Shown here piece after piece: positions 23,890 to 33,428 of a stretch of 35,596 bases of DNA. Source of the stretch: an uncultured Candidatus Saccharibacteria bacterium (GTDB lineage Bacteria; Patescibacteriota; Minisyncoccia; Phycocordibacterales; GWA1-40-21). The position numbers were made by a program, and so were the translations under genes. The notes beneath the pieces were generated by a model. It made no database searches, had not been told where the DNA came from, and worked only from the letters and a program-made list of their open reading frames with translations. Position 1 is the first letter of the stretch. Each line of letters begins with the position of its first letter. The stretch covers positions 1 to 35,596 of the forward strand of contig CAYVWL010000003.1 in assembly GCA_964455475.1 (NCBI GenBank), in the 5' to 3' direction.

Positions 23890-24335
23890 ATTTGGGTGTA
23901 GTATTATTCTCGGACAAAGAAGGGAGGGCAGTATAGGTGTCTTTTTCCCGTCGGTTCTTTTTGAGAATAGGATTTGCATTGATTTTCTTTCGCGAAATAA
24001 GGATGCATTGGAGGCGCATCCGCATCTTGAGAAAGAGGGGTCTCTTTCGAGATTGGCTGTTTCGGCGTATGAATGTCAGGTGCCATGATTGCCTGCCCGG
24101 CGTCTGTCCCTACAAACCGCCAAGGCCGCATCAGGCATCGCTGGACAGTCAGCGAGTGCTATGTGCTGTGTTGGGGGGTCTGCCAGGCCCGGTTTCGCCG
24201 GAAGGGTTACGCTTTGCGAACCGGGGTGTGTTGAAACCCGCAAGACGGAGGTGACGGAGGGAACCAAAACACATAGTTCATGCGGATGTCACATGTAGCG
24301 GGCGTCTCTCTTCACCGGGAGACGCCCAATCTATT
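23890..24335 (+). ncRNA. candidate structured RNA (family unknown)
   Basis: GC-rich segment with only Arg-rich ORFs that have no SD site. Nested helices found by hand. It ends in an 11-bp hairpin at 24300-24327. Strand is inferred from that hairpin. Confidence 0.35.
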
Positions 24336-24362
24336 TATATAAAAGTTATCCACAATCATAAT

Positions 24363-24390
24363 TTGCCAAAATATAATATTTTAATATACT
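24363..24390 (+). promoter_or_regulatory. promoter TTGCCA-16-TATACT
   Basis: Read directly. It would give a leader of about 160 nt with two long hairpins (24407-24473 and 24488-24525). Confidence 0.45.
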
Positions 24391-24556
24391 AACTAATATG
24401 ACCTTAATCAGTCAGAAAAACTCATATTTCTTTTACTTTAGCCCCCAGCTTTTGAGGGTTGGTTTTTCTGATTAAACTATTTGATCAAAGAAACGAGTCC
24501 TCAAACGAGGGCTCGTGTTCTTTACGTCAACTCAATATTGGAGAAAGGAGCGCGTT

Positions 24557-24880
24557 ATGATTGGTCTGAGACTGGGGCTATGTGTTCGTGATCTGGCCAG
24601 AGGTGTAGTGCCACTCGATCAGGTGGTGCTAATCCACGCTTGTTCGATGTGTAAGCGACCGGATGATTGGAAGGATGTGGTGAAAAAGTGTCGAAGTTTG
24701 CACTGGAACACATGTGAAAGAGAGGCCGAAGCCATTTTCAAACAACTGCTGACAGAAAACAAGATCAAACAGCCCAGGCTTGAGGGTCGTTTTCCGGAGA
24801 TTGTGAATTTCCGTCACTGGGTGAAGACTCCGGATCAGATTCACTGGCAGCGAGCGGGGGAGGATGTCCCGTACATCTGA
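24557..24880 (+). CDS. hypothetical 108-aa protein (islet gene)
   Basis: AAAGGAG lies 6 nt upstream of ATG24557. The ORF-track start at 24515 is upstream of the SD site. No family recognised. Confidence 0.6.
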   Translation: MIGLRLGLCVRDLARGVVPLDQVVLIHACSMCKRPDDWKDVVKKCRSLHWNTCEREAEAIFKQLLTENKIKQPRLEGRFPEIVNFRHWVKTPDQIHWQRAGEDVPYI

Positions 24881-24904
24881 GTATCACATATTGAGAAAGA
24901 CGAA

Positions 24905-24939
24905 AGCGCCGTTGGGTCTGAACCCTCCGGCGCTTTTTC
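24905..24939. terminator. bidirectional terminator shared by two convergent islet genes
   Basis: AGCGCCG...CGGCGCT stem followed by TTTTT. Confidence 0.65.
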
Positions 24940-24951
24940 GTGGCTCGCGTC

Positions 24952-25041
24952 CTAGCACAGTCGGCCCCACAGGGCTCCCTTTGCATAGACACTTCTCCAC
25001 TTTGGCGCCACAAACTTCTTGCGTCGCTTCTTCATGGACAT
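24952..25041 (-). CDS. 29-aa highly basic peptide MSMKKRRKKFVAPKWRSVYAKGALWGRLC
   Basis: Hand-translated. AAGGAGGG lies 7 nt upstream of ATG. Confidence 0.4.
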   Translation of the reverse strand: MSMKKRRKKFVAPKWRSVYAKGALWGRLC

Positions 25042-25138
25042 ATGTTGTCCCTCCTTTTCTACTATTCATTATACTCCTTTCATTTTGTTTGTCAAGTCTA
25101 TTAAATATGTCAAAAAAACCTTAATATATGGAGACAAA

Positions 25139-27103
25139 ATGAAATCACAAGAAATTCGCGAGCGATATTTAAAATTTTTTGAAAAGAGAGGGCATACCAT
25201 TATCCCGTCAGCTTCTTTGATACCGGAAAATGATCCCTCATCTCTCTTTACCACCGCTGGTATGCAACCCCTCGTGCCATATCTTCTTGGTCAAAAGCAC
25301 CCAGCCGGGACGCGCTTGGTGGATGTGCAAAAGTGTGTTCGCACTGGTGATATTTATGATGTGGGTGACAATCGCCACTTAACCTTTTTTGAAATGATGG
25401 GCAACTGGTCCTTGGGCGATTATTTTAAAAAAGAAAGCATTGCCTGGAGTTTGGAATTTTTGACGAGCAGGGAAGAAGGCTTGGGTCTTGATCCGCAACG
25501 TATCTACGTGACCACGTTTAAGGGTGAACAAGGAATACCGAGGGATGAGGAATCCATTTCTTTTTGGCAAGAGAATTATTCCAAGCACGGAATCAAAGCC
25601 GATACCGCGGATGCCGATGAAATGATTCATGATAATGTGAGAATAATTCCACTCGGTGTGGATGATAATTTTTGGATTGCCGGTACCACTGGTCCGTGTG
25701 GAGGAGACACTGAAATGTTTTATGATACTGTCGGTGGCCAGCTAGAAGGGAAATTTGCCGATCTGGTAAAGAGTGGGCGAATTATTGAAGTCTGGAACAA
25801 TGTATTCATGGAATTCAACAAAACCGCTGACGGTAAATACGAACCGCTGGCCAAGAAAAATGTGGATACCGGTATGGGCCTAGAGCGCACAGCCGTGGTC
25901 ATGCAAGGCAAGGCCAATGTGTTTGAATCTGATGTTTTTCTACCGATAATTTCTGAGATTAGAAAACTGTCCCCAAATATTAGTGAAAGAGCCGAAAGAA
26001 TAATATCTGATCATATAAGGGCCGCGGTCTTTATGATATCAGACGGTGTTACTCCAGCAAATAGTGATCAGGGATATGTGTTGAGACGATTGATCAGACG
26101 ATCGATTCGGCATGCACGACTTGGTGGTACAGTGAGAGAAGATCGTGAAGTAGATTTTGTAGAAGGATTATTGTTGAAGGTTGCCGATACAATAATTAAT
26201 CTTAATCAGAATATTTATCCAGAACTGAATATAAATAGGAATCTAATTATTTCTGAAATTGCCAAGGAGGAGGAAAAGTTTATAGATATTCTTAGGAAGG
26301 GTCTGGAAATCGCAAAAAAACTATTAAACAGTAAGACTCCGATTGAAAAGACAAAGTTTTTTTATTTGATGGAGAGTCCAGATAGACGTGAATCATTTGT
26401 CTCCTTATTCGGAAGTAATGATTTTACTAGTCTAAAAGTTAAGTTTGATATTACCGAGAAGGAGATCAATGAAGCAACAATATCAGGTGCAGAGGCATTT
26501 AATTTATTTCAGAGCTATGGCTTTCCGTTGGAAATGATTGATGAAATAGCAACAGAATTCAGGTTGATAGTGGATCACATTGGCTTTAGAAGTGAATTAC
26601 AAAAACACCAGGAAGTTTCCAAGATTGGTTCAGAACAAAAGTTCAAAGGGGGATTAGCGGGCACAGGTGAGATGGAAACCAAATATCATACCGCCACACA
26701 TTTACTCTTGGCTTCACTCAGAAAAGTGCTGGGCGCAGATATTGTGCAGAAGGGAAGTAATATCACGGCCGAGCGTTTACGTTTTGATTTTAATTGGCCG
26801 GAGAAACTGACTGCCGAGCAAATAAAGGCAGTAGAGGATATGGTGAATCAGAAAATTGAAGAAAAAATTCCGGTCATGATGATGGAATTGCCAAAGGAAG
26901 AGGCAAAAAAGGTGGTTACCACCCTTTCATTTGATTTGTCAAAATACGGTGATATCGTAAAAGTATATATAATAGGAGATTTCAGCGCCGAATTCTGTGG
27001 TGGTCCGCATGTCTCAAATACTGGCACTCTCGGCACTTTCAGAATCGCCAAAGAAGAGGCCTCCTCCGCCGGCATCCGCCGAATAAAAGCTGTCCTAGAA
27101 TAA
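25139..27103 (+). CDS. alaS: alanine--tRNA ligase, short form without the C-Ala domain
   Basis: FFEKRGH...FTTAGMQ, plus editing-domain motifs HTATHLL and CGGPH. The true start is M41 of the ORF-track ORF. Confidence 0.93.
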   Translation: MKSQEIRERYLKFFEKRGHTIIPSASLIPENDPSSLFTTAGMQPLVPYLLGQKHPAGTRLVDVQKCVRTGDIYDVGDNRHLTFFEMMGNWSLGDYFKKESIAWSLEFLTSREEGLGLDPQRIYVTTFKGEQGIPRDEESISFWQENYSKHGIKADTADADEMIHDNVRIIPLGVDDNFWIAGTTGPCGGDTEMFYDTVGGQLEGKFADLVKSGRIIEVWNNVFMEFNKTADGKYEPLAKKNVDTGMGLERTAVVMQGKANVFESDVFLPIISEIRKLSPNISERAERIISDHIRAAVFMISDGVTPANSDQGYVLRRLIRRSIRHARLGGTVREDREVDFVEGLLLKVADTIINLNQNIYPELNINRNLIISEIAKEEEKFIDILRKGLEIAKKLLNSKTPIEKTKFFYLMESPDRRESFVSLFGSNDFTSLKVKFDITEKEINEATISGAEAFNLFQSYGFPLEMIDEIATEFRLIVDHIGFRSELQKHQEVSKIGSEQKFKGGLAGTGEMETKYHTATHLLLASLRKVLGADIVQKGSNITAERLRFDFNWPEKLTAEQIKAVEDMVNQKIEEKIPVMMMELPKEEAKKVVTTLSFDLSKYGDIVKVYIIGDFSAEFCGGPHVSNTGTLGTFRIAKEEASSAGIRRIKAVLE

Positions 27104-27154
27104 AACCCCGCACTGGTGGTTGTGTCTATTATTAATATATAATATAATATCTCC

Positions 27155-28300
27155 ATGTCGTTCTTTTCTTTTTCAAAAAAGAATAAAGAAAGTTATTCTC
27201 TTGTGTTTAATATTGGCAGTGGCAGTGTGTCCGGTGGCATTGTAAAATTTACGGAAAAAGAGGGCGTGGATATGGTGCATTATGCCAAGGAATTGATTCC
27301 CTTTCAGACGGAAATTTCCGTCCCAAAACATTTAGAGCTGATGAAGGCATCACTCGCCACCCTAGCAGACAAAATCCGCGCGGAAGGGCTGGTAAAAATA
27401 GATGCTAAAAAGGGTAGTAGTATTGTCATAGACCGAGTTTTTTACCTTTTTTCCTCCCCTTGGAGTGTCTCGCAAACGAGGACAATCAGGGTCAAGGAAA
27501 CCAAACCTTTTAAAGTGACGGAAGGTTATTTGAGTAAATTAATTAATGAACAAGAAAAACAATTTCAAACTGATGTCTCCCAGACCGGAAAAATTATTGA
27601 GAAAAAAATAGTCCAGATAAAAATAAATGGTTATGTTATCAATGATATTCATAATCGTACCACCAAAGAGCTTCAAGCCTCGGTCTTCTTTACTGTTGTC
27701 CCTGATGATATTTTAAGGACCGTGGAGGAAGCGGTGTCAAAGACTTTTCATATTAAAAATGTTTGGTGTCACTCCTTTTCTTTGGCCGCCTTTTCCCTTA
27801 TCAGAGATATGTTTCCCCAAAAGGAGGATTTTATACATCTAGATGTCAGTGAGGAAATGACCGATATTTCTATTGTGAAGGATAATGTGATGACCAGTGG
27901 CGCATCAATTCCTTTAGGGCGGAATGATTTTATGCGGGAATTAGCAACAGTGCTAAAAGTCTCCCCAGAAATTGCTGACTCTATGCTAAAGATGCATGCT
28001 CAAAAAAATAACAATGAATTGGCTACCCTAAATCAGTCCGTCAGCTTAGATACCGCTGCCAGAAATTGGCTAACCAAAATATTTGAAGTCTTGGACAGTT
28101 TGAAGGAAAAAATATATGTTCCGGAGTCTATCTTTCTTATTGCCGGCAGTGATTTAATTCCTTTTTTAAAGGAGAAGCTGGAAAAGCATGACTTTAAAGT
28201 AATTTTAGTGGATAATAGAAAGATCAAATCAAAAATTGTTGTAGATGATATAATATTTAGGTTGGAATTAATGTTTTTGGATAATCTTTACAAAATATAA
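27155..28300 (+). CDS. divergent FtsA/PilM-like actin-fold protein
   Basis: FNIGSGSVSGG and HLDVSEEMTDISIV...IPLGRNDF resemble the FtsA/PilM phosphate motifs. ATG lies 6 nt after TATAAT. Confidence 0.4.
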   Translation: MSFFSFSKKNKESYSLVFNIGSGSVSGGIVKFTEKEGVDMVHYAKELIPFQTEISVPKHLELMKASLATLADKIRAEGLVKIDAKKGSSIVIDRVFYLFSSPWSVSQTRTIRVKETKPFKVTEGYLSKLINEQEKQFQTDVSQTGKIIEKKIVQIKINGYVINDIHNRTTKELQASVFFTVVPDDILRTVEEAVSKTFHIKNVWCHSFSLAAFSLIRDMFPQKEDFIHLDVSEEMTDISIVKDNVMTSGASIPLGRNDFMRELATVLKVSPEIADSMLKMHAQKNNNELATLNQSVSLDTAARNWLTKIFEVLDSLKEKIYVPESIFLIAGSDLIPFLKEKLEKHDFKVILVDNRKIKSKIVVDDIIFRLELMFLDNLYKI

Positions 28301-28371
28301 AAACCTGTCCTGTTTAAAATTCTGCGAACAGGAAAACTAAGTAATTATTAAATATTAAAATTTTAAATAGG

Positions 28372-29706
28372 ATGGCCAAGAAAATAATCAGCGACATTAT
28401 CGTCTCCAATAAAAAATCTATAAGGCAGATTCCTATTACCCGAGAATTGAAAAAAAAGTTAGAGAAGGAAAGGGAGATAGAGACCGAGATGCGTGAGGAG
28501 ATGCATTTGCCAAAGGCCAGGCGGGAGGCCAGTTGGCAGAGAAAGCCACTGAATCCAAAATTCGTAATATGGCTGATTGCAGTGATTTGCATCATGGCCC
28601 TTTTCTTCGGTGTGTCGCTTATCTTTTCCAATGCCACGGTCATTGTCACACCCCGCACGGAGAAAATTTCTTTTGCCAATGATACCTATACTGCAAAACT
28701 GAATTCTAATAATTCCGCCGAAATATCTTTCGAAATACTAAAGGTCAAACAAACCGCCGGTGAAGTGGTAAAAGCCACGGAGGAAAAACAAGTCTCGCAA
28801 AAGGCCACTGGTAAAATTATTATTTACAATAATTATAGTACCGCCCCACAGAGACTGATTAATAATACGCGTTTTGAGGCTAAAAATGGGAAAATTTATC
28901 GCATAAATAGCTCCGTCATTGTCCCCGGTTATAAAAAGGTGAGTGGCAAGGTGGTTCCCGGCAGTATAGAAGCTACAATTTTTGCAGATCAGCCCGGGGA
29001 TACCTATAATATGAAGGTGGCTGATCTGACTGGTGATTTTAAAATACCAGGCTTTAAGGGTGATCTCCGTTATGATGGTTTTTACGGCCGACTGAAGGAT
29101 GATATTAGCGGAGGCTATATTGGTATGCAGAGAATAGTTAGCGATGATTTACGGGCAACCACCAAAGACGCCTTGCAGACAAAACTTAAAGAACAATTAC
29201 TGAAAGAACTTTATGCGGTCAAGCCAGAAAATTATCTTATCTTCAACGATGGCTATTCCATTGACTATACCAATTTACCAGACACCGCCGTGGGTAGTGA
29301 TCAGGCCCAAATCAATATTGAAGGTAATCTAAATGGTATTGTTTTCAATAATTCCAAGATTGCTAAATATCTGGCAAGCAAAAAACTTACCGCCTATGAT
29401 GGATTACCAGTTGACCTCGCTATTTCCGATGACTTGACCGTCAGCCTAAGTAGCAAGGATAACGGCCCCCTGTGGAAAAACAGTACTTTAGACATCAAGC
29501 TTAATGGCGAAGCCGTAATCAAGTGGGTATATGATGCTAATATGTTAAGGAAAGATTTAGCCGGAAAAAGGGAATCGGATATAAGAAATATTGTGGCCAA
29601 ATATCAGGATTCCATAAAAGGCCTGGAGGTTATTTTCAAACCCGTCTGGACCCGCTATTTTCCCGATAGCCTAAATAAAATCAGAATCCAGGAGCTTGAC
29701 TTATAA
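28372..29706 (+). CDS. hypothetical membrane-anchored protein (444 aa)
   Basis: Charged N-terminus, one TM segment, beta-rich ectodomain. No family recognised. Confidence 0.6.
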   Translation: MAKKIISDIIVSNKKSIRQIPITRELKKKLEKEREIETEMREEMHLPKARREASWQRKPLNPKFVIWLIAVICIMALFFGVSLIFSNATVIVTPRTEKISFANDTYTAKLNSNNSAEISFEILKVKQTAGEVVKATEEKQVSQKATGKIIIYNNYSTAPQRLINNTRFEAKNGKIYRINSSVIVPGYKKVSGKVVPGSIEATIFADQPGDTYNMKVADLTGDFKIPGFKGDLRYDGFYGRLKDDISGGYIGMQRIVSDDLRATTKDALQTKLKEQLLKELYAVKPENYLIFNDGYSIDYTNLPDTAVGSDQAQINIEGNLNGIVFNNSKIAKYLASKKLTAYDGLPVDLAISDDLTVSLSSKDNGPLWKNSTLDIKLNGEAVIKWVYDANMLRKDLAGKRESDIRNIVAKYQDSIKGLEVIFKPVWTRYFPDSLNKIRIQELDL

Positions 29707-29742
29707 CCCTAATTTTTGCTATAGTACCAGACGTAGTTTTGT

Positions 29743-29961
29743 ATGGCCAATAATAAAAATAAACAAGTAAAAGACGGGGTAGTGACCGAAGCTTTTCCCA
29801 ATACACTTTTCAAAGTGAAGACAGTGGGGGAGGAAGCCGAGGTTCTCTGCTTTCTTTCTGGTAAAATGCGTTTGCACCGAATTCGGGTGCTGATCGGAGA
29901 TAAAGTTTCATATGAGGTTGATGAATATGGTGGTAAAGGTAAAATTATAAAAAGGTCATAA
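29743..29961 (+). CDS. infA: translation initiation factor IF-1
   Basis: 72 aa with an S1-like fold sequence ([17 protein letters not shown]). Confidence 0.93.
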   Translation: MANNKNKQVKDGVVTEAFPNTLFKVKTVGEEAEVLCFLSGKMRLHRIRVLIGDKVSYEVDEYGGKGKIIKRS

Positions 29962-30011
29962 TTAACCCGCCAAAATTTTTATTAGAAAAATATAGGAGGG
30001 TAAATAATATC

Positions 30012-30128
30012 ATGAAAGTAAAAGCTTCCGTAAAAAAGATCTGTCCCAAGTGTATGATTGTCCGTCGCAAGAGCCGAGTGATGGTGGTTTGCACGGCCAA
30101 TGCCCGCCACAAACAGAGGCAAGGCTAA
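30012..30128 (+). CDS. rpmJ: 50S ribosomal protein L36
   Basis: Hand-translated [38 protein letters not shown]. Confidence 0.93.
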   Translation: MKVKASVKKICPKCMIVRRKSRVMVVCTANARHKQRQG

Positions 30129-30181
30129 ACCCTTGCTTTATAAAGCGCTTTATGCTATTCTGCCGTAGTTAATTTTATTTT

Positions 30182-30562
30182 ATGCGTATTTCAGGAATCA
30201 CCATCCCCGACAACAAAAGATTAAAGGTTGGCCTAACCGTTCTATATGGTATAGGTCTTTCTTTGTCTAAAAGTATTTTGGCCGAGGCCAAAGTCAGTGG
30301 TGATAAGAAACCAACAGAAATATCTCCTGAGCAGGAAAATACTATTCGTAAAATCATTGAATCTAAAAAAATTGAAGGTGATTTAAAGCGTGAAGTCTCT
30401 GGAAACATTAAAAGATTAAAAGATATCAAAACCTACCGCGGTACCCGTCATGCTAAAAAGCTTCCATCCCGCGGTCAGCGCACCAAAACCAATTCCCGTA
30501 CTCTGCGTGGCAACACCAGAAAGACCATGGGTACTGGTAGAAAGGCGGCTGAGAAGAAATAA
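30182..30562 (+). CDS. rpsM: 30S ribosomal protein S13
   Basis: MRISGITIPDNKRLKVGLTVLYGIG. Confidence 0.95.
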   Translation: MRISGITIPDNKRLKVGLTVLYGIGLSLSKSILAEAKVSGDKKPTEISPEQENTIRKIIESKKIEGDLKREVSGNIKRLKDIKTYRGTRHAKKLPSRGQRTKTNSRTLRGNTRKTMGTGRKAAEKK

Positions 30563-30569
30563 AATTTAA

Positions 30570-31004
30570 ATGGCAAAAGATAAAATTGTAAAAAAAGAAG
30601 AAGGTAAGGCTGGAGCTCCAGAGGTAAAAGTGGAAGCCAAAGCCTCTGTCAAAAAGAGAGTGAGCTCCGGCGTGCTTTATGTGGAATCTACTTTCAATAA
30701 CACCAAAGTTTCTTTGACGGATGATAACGGTAATATTTTGATGTGGTCATCCAGCGGTTCTCTGGGCTTTAAAGGCGCAAAAAAGGGTACGCCATTTGCC
30801 GCCGCTAAAATCGGTGAGACTTTGGGTCAAAAAGCTTTTGATTTAGGCCTCAAGGAGATAAATGTCGTGGTCAAGGGTGTGGGTTCTGGCCGAGAGTCAG
30901 CTATTCGTGGTTTTATTACCAAAGGCTTTACTATCAATTCCATCAAGGATGTCACACCGGTTCCACACAATGGTCCTAAACCGAAAAAACCAAGACGTGT
31001 ATAA
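30570..31004 (+). CDS. rpsK: 30S ribosomal protein S11
   Basis: FNNT...GTPFAA...GSGRESAIRG. Confidence 0.95.
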   Translation: MAKDKIVKKEEGKAGAPEVKVEAKASVKKRVSSGVLYVESTFNNTKVSLTDDNGNILMWSSSGSLGFKGAKKGTPFAAAKIGETLGQKAFDLGLKEINVVVKGVGSGRESAIRGFITKGFTINSIKDVTPVPHNGPKPKKPRRV

Positions 31005-31083
31005 AAAATTAAACTTGTCCCGTTTAAAAATCAGCGGAGACAAATTAAAGATAAATTATTAAAAATTAAATTTTTAAACCGGG

Positions 31084-31689
31084 ATGATAAACAGACCAAA
31101 ATACAAGACCGCGCGTAGACTAGGAGCCAATATTTTTGATAAAACTCAAACCCAAAAGTTTGCTAATAAAGAGGCAAATAAAAAAGTTGAAAAGCGCGCT
31201 CGCCCTAAGAGTGATTACGGCTTGCAAATGCTAGAAAAGCAAAGAGCCAAAGTGACTTATGGTGTAAACGAGCGGATGTTTGCCAAATATGTCAAAAGTA
31301 TTTTGGAAAAGGCCGGTGCCAACTCTCCAGAAAAACTTATTTCTATTTTGGAATCCCGTTTAGACAATGTGATCTACCGCCTAGGCCTAGCACCCACTAG
31401 ACAAGCCTCAAGACAAATGGTGTCCCACGGCCATATTTTGGTAAATGGTTTGAAAATTACTATTCCATCTTTTGCCGTCTCTCTGGGAGATAAAATTACC
31501 ATTCGCGAGAGCAGCGCCAAGAAGGGTATTTTTGCTAATATTGATGAAAAAATAAAGGATCGCAATTATCCATCATGGCTAGCCTTTGATATTACTAAGA
31601 AAGAGTGTAAAGTCCAGGGAGCACCTAAACTTTCCGCCCTGGAAACCATTTTTGACCCCGCCGCCGTGTTAAACTTCTACAGCCGATAA
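31084..31689 (+). CDS. rpsD: 30S ribosomal protein S4
   Basis: Contains an S4 RNA-binding domain (LDNVIYRLGLAPTRQASRQMVSHGHILVNG). Confidence 0.95.
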   Translation: MINRPKYKTARRLGANIFDKTQTQKFANKEANKKVEKRARPKSDYGLQMLEKQRAKVTYGVNERMFAKYVKSILEKAGANSPEKLISILESRLDNVIYRLGLAPTRQASRQMVSHGHILVNGLKITIPSFAVSLGDKITIRESSAKKGIFANIDEKIKDRNYPSWLAFDITKKECKVQGAPKLSALETIFDPAAVLNFYSR

Positions 31690-31759
31690 AAGACTTGCAT
31701 ATTTTTTAAAAATAGTTTATAATATTTATTCGTTTTTATAATTTAATTAATAAAAGTCT

Positions 31760-32713
31760 ATGTCAGAAAATAAACAAGTATTGCTACCTTCCAAGCCACG
31801 TATTGTCTCGGAAGAGGGTTTTTCGGGGACATATGAAATTGACGGCCTATATCCAGGTTATGGACACACCTTGGGTAACTCCTTGCGCCGAATTATCCTT
31901 TCCTCTCTGCCTGGCGTAGCTATCACCTCTATTAAAATTTCTGGCGTTGACCACGAATTTTCCTCTGTAGCCGGAGTAAAAGAAGATGTGATTTCTCTGA
32001 TTTTGAATTTGAAGAAAGTCCGTATTAAAATGTTGACCGATGAGCCTCAAACCATTGAGCTCAAGGTTAAAGGTGTAAAGGAAGTGACCGCTGGTGATAT
32101 CGAGGTCCCCGGCCAAGTGGAAGTTTTGAATCCGGATCTATATATCGCAAGCCTGGGTAGCAAGTCGGCCGAGCTTTCCATTGAAATGAGAATTGAGAAG
32201 GGCCTAGGTTATGTACCAAAAGAAATTTTACAAAAAGACCGCACAGAAATCGGTCATATTGCCTTGGATGCTATTTTCAGCCCGATCCGTCGAGTAAACT
32301 ATGAAGTGGAAAATATGCGCGTGGGTGACCGAACTGATTTTAACAAACTGAAACTCTTTATTGAGACTGATGGTACTATCACCCCAAATCAGGCCCTGGA
32401 GGAATCTATCTTGATTATGATTGGTCAGTTGAAAGCCATTGTTGGTTTCAAGGAGCCAGAGGTGGAGGTAAAAGAGGCCAAGGAGGAAGTGGAGGATTCC
32501 AAGGAAAGTGATGCTGAATTCCTTAAAACCAGAATTGAGACCCTGGATCTTTCAGCTAGAACTATCAATGCCTTGTCCAACGGCAATATTCGCACGGTGG
32601 GTGGCCTGGCCCGAAAGAAAGAAGCAGATTTGGATGATATTGAGGGTCTGGGTGCCAAGGGTATTCAGGAAATCAAGAAAGTTTTGTCAAATTACGGTAT
32701 AACTTTGAAATAA
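31760..32713 (+). CDS. rpoA: DNA-directed RNA polymerase subunit alpha
   Basis: GNSLRRIILSSLPG plus a C-terminal domain (LDLSARTINAL). Confidence 0.95.
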   Translation: MSENKQVLLPSKPRIVSEEGFSGTYEIDGLYPGYGHTLGNSLRRIILSSLPGVAITSIKISGVDHEFSSVAGVKEDVISLILNLKKVRIKMLTDEPQTIELKVKGVKEVTAGDIEVPGQVEVLNPDLYIASLGSKSAELSIEMRIEKGLGYVPKEILQKDRTEIGHIALDAIFSPIRRVNYEVENMRVGDRTDFNKLKLFIETDGTITPNQALEESILIMIGQLKAIVGFKEPEVEVKEAKEEVEDSKESDAEFLKTRIETLDLSARTINALSNGNIRTVGGLARKKEADLDDIEGLGAKGIQEIKKVLSNYGITLK

Positions 32714-32717
32714 AACA

Positions 32718-33065
32718 ATGATTCACGGACAGAAAACAAAACAATTGGGACGAGAGAGAAATGGCCGAAATGCACTGCTCAAATCTTTGAGTGTGTCTTT
32801 GATTCGCGATGGTAAAATTCAGACTACAGAGACCAAGGCTAAAGTCTTAAAGCCAATCGTTGAGAAATTAATTACCAAGGCCAAGGTGGGGGATATGAGC
32901 GCCAGGAGATTTATTGATTCCAAAGTTGGCCCAGTAACTGGTAAGAAACTGGTAGAAGTAATTGCCCCAAAATTCAAAGATAGGAATGGCGGATATTTGC
33001 GTATTACCAAATTAAATGATAGAAAGAATGACGGCGCCAAGGTGGCCCAGATAGAGTTTGTCTAA
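32718..33065 (+). CDS. rplQ: 50S ribosomal protein L17
   Basis: KLGRERNGRNALLKSL...TTETKAK. Confidence 0.93.
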   Translation: MIHGQKTKQLGRERNGRNALLKSLSVSLIRDGKIQTTETKAKVLKPIVEKLITKAKVGDMSARRFIDSKVGPVTGKKLVEVIAPKFKDRNGGYLRITKLNDRKNDGAKVAQIEFV

Positions 33066-33076
33066 ATTTAAACCAA

Positions 33077-33427
33077 ATGACCAAGAATTATAACATTGAT
33101 GCCAGTGGAAAAAAGTTGGGCCGTCTCGCAAGCGAGATTGCGGCAATTTTGATTGGTAAGCAGAGTGCAGATTTTCAGAAGAATGAGATTGCCGATGTAA
33201 AGGTGGAGGTGATGAATGCTTCTAAAATGGATATTGCGGAGAAGAAGGCGCGCACCACTATTTATACCAATTATTCTGGTTTTCCGGGTGGTTTAAAGAC
33301 CAGGACACTGGAGGAGGTAGCCGTGAAAAATGGCTATGCGGAAGTTTTGCGCATTGCTGTGGCCGGTATGATTCATAAGAATAAATTGAAGGATAAGATT
33401 TTGAAAAATTTAACCATAAAAGACTAA
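33077..33427 (+). CDS. rplM: 50S ribosomal protein L13 (short)
   Basis: [22 protein letters not shown]...YSGFPGGLK. Confidence 0.9.
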   Translation: MTKNYNIDASGKKLGRLASEIAAILIGKQSADFQKNEIADVKVEVMNASKMDIAEKKARTTIYTNYSGFPGGLKTRTLEEVAVKNGYAEVLRIAVAGMIHKNKLKDKILKNLTIKD

Positions 33428-33428
33428 A

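Noticed and set aside
23904-24298. ORFs 23937-24254(+), 24089-24298(+), 23904-24131(-) and 24076-24267(-) as protein genes.
   Set aside because: They overlap each other, are rich in Arg, Pro and Gly, and have no SD or leaderless promoter. This is typical of random frames in GC-rich structured DNA, so the region is treated as a candidate RNA instead.
24346-24354. A perfect DnaA box, TTATCCACA, in an AT-rich stretch. One-mismatch boxes (TTATCCACC) lie at 1127-1135, 19800-19808 and, as reverse complement, 23862-23870. Could this be oriC?
   Set aside because: Roughly 7 one-mismatch 9-mers are expected by chance in 2 x 35.6 kb. The boxes are scattered rather than clustered. No dnaA or dnaN gene is nearby, and the coding-strand bias does not switch here.
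25019-25138. Extended N-termini offered by the ORF track: alaS from 25019, uvrC from 4205, the 22087 and 22976 starts, the 24515 start, the 35175 TTG and the 10200 GTG.
   Set aside because: Each extension covers promoter, terminator or islet sequence. Homology to the known families, or the SD or -10 signals, begins at the internal ATG.
26340-26480. The extra segment of about 35 aa in AlaRS (KTKFFYLMESPDRRESFVSLFGSNDFTSLKVKFDITEKEINEAT) as a third in-frame palindrome.
   Set aside because: Only a 5-bp GGAGA/TCTCC complementarity was found. The composition is host-like, so this is probably ordinary lineage-specific sequence.
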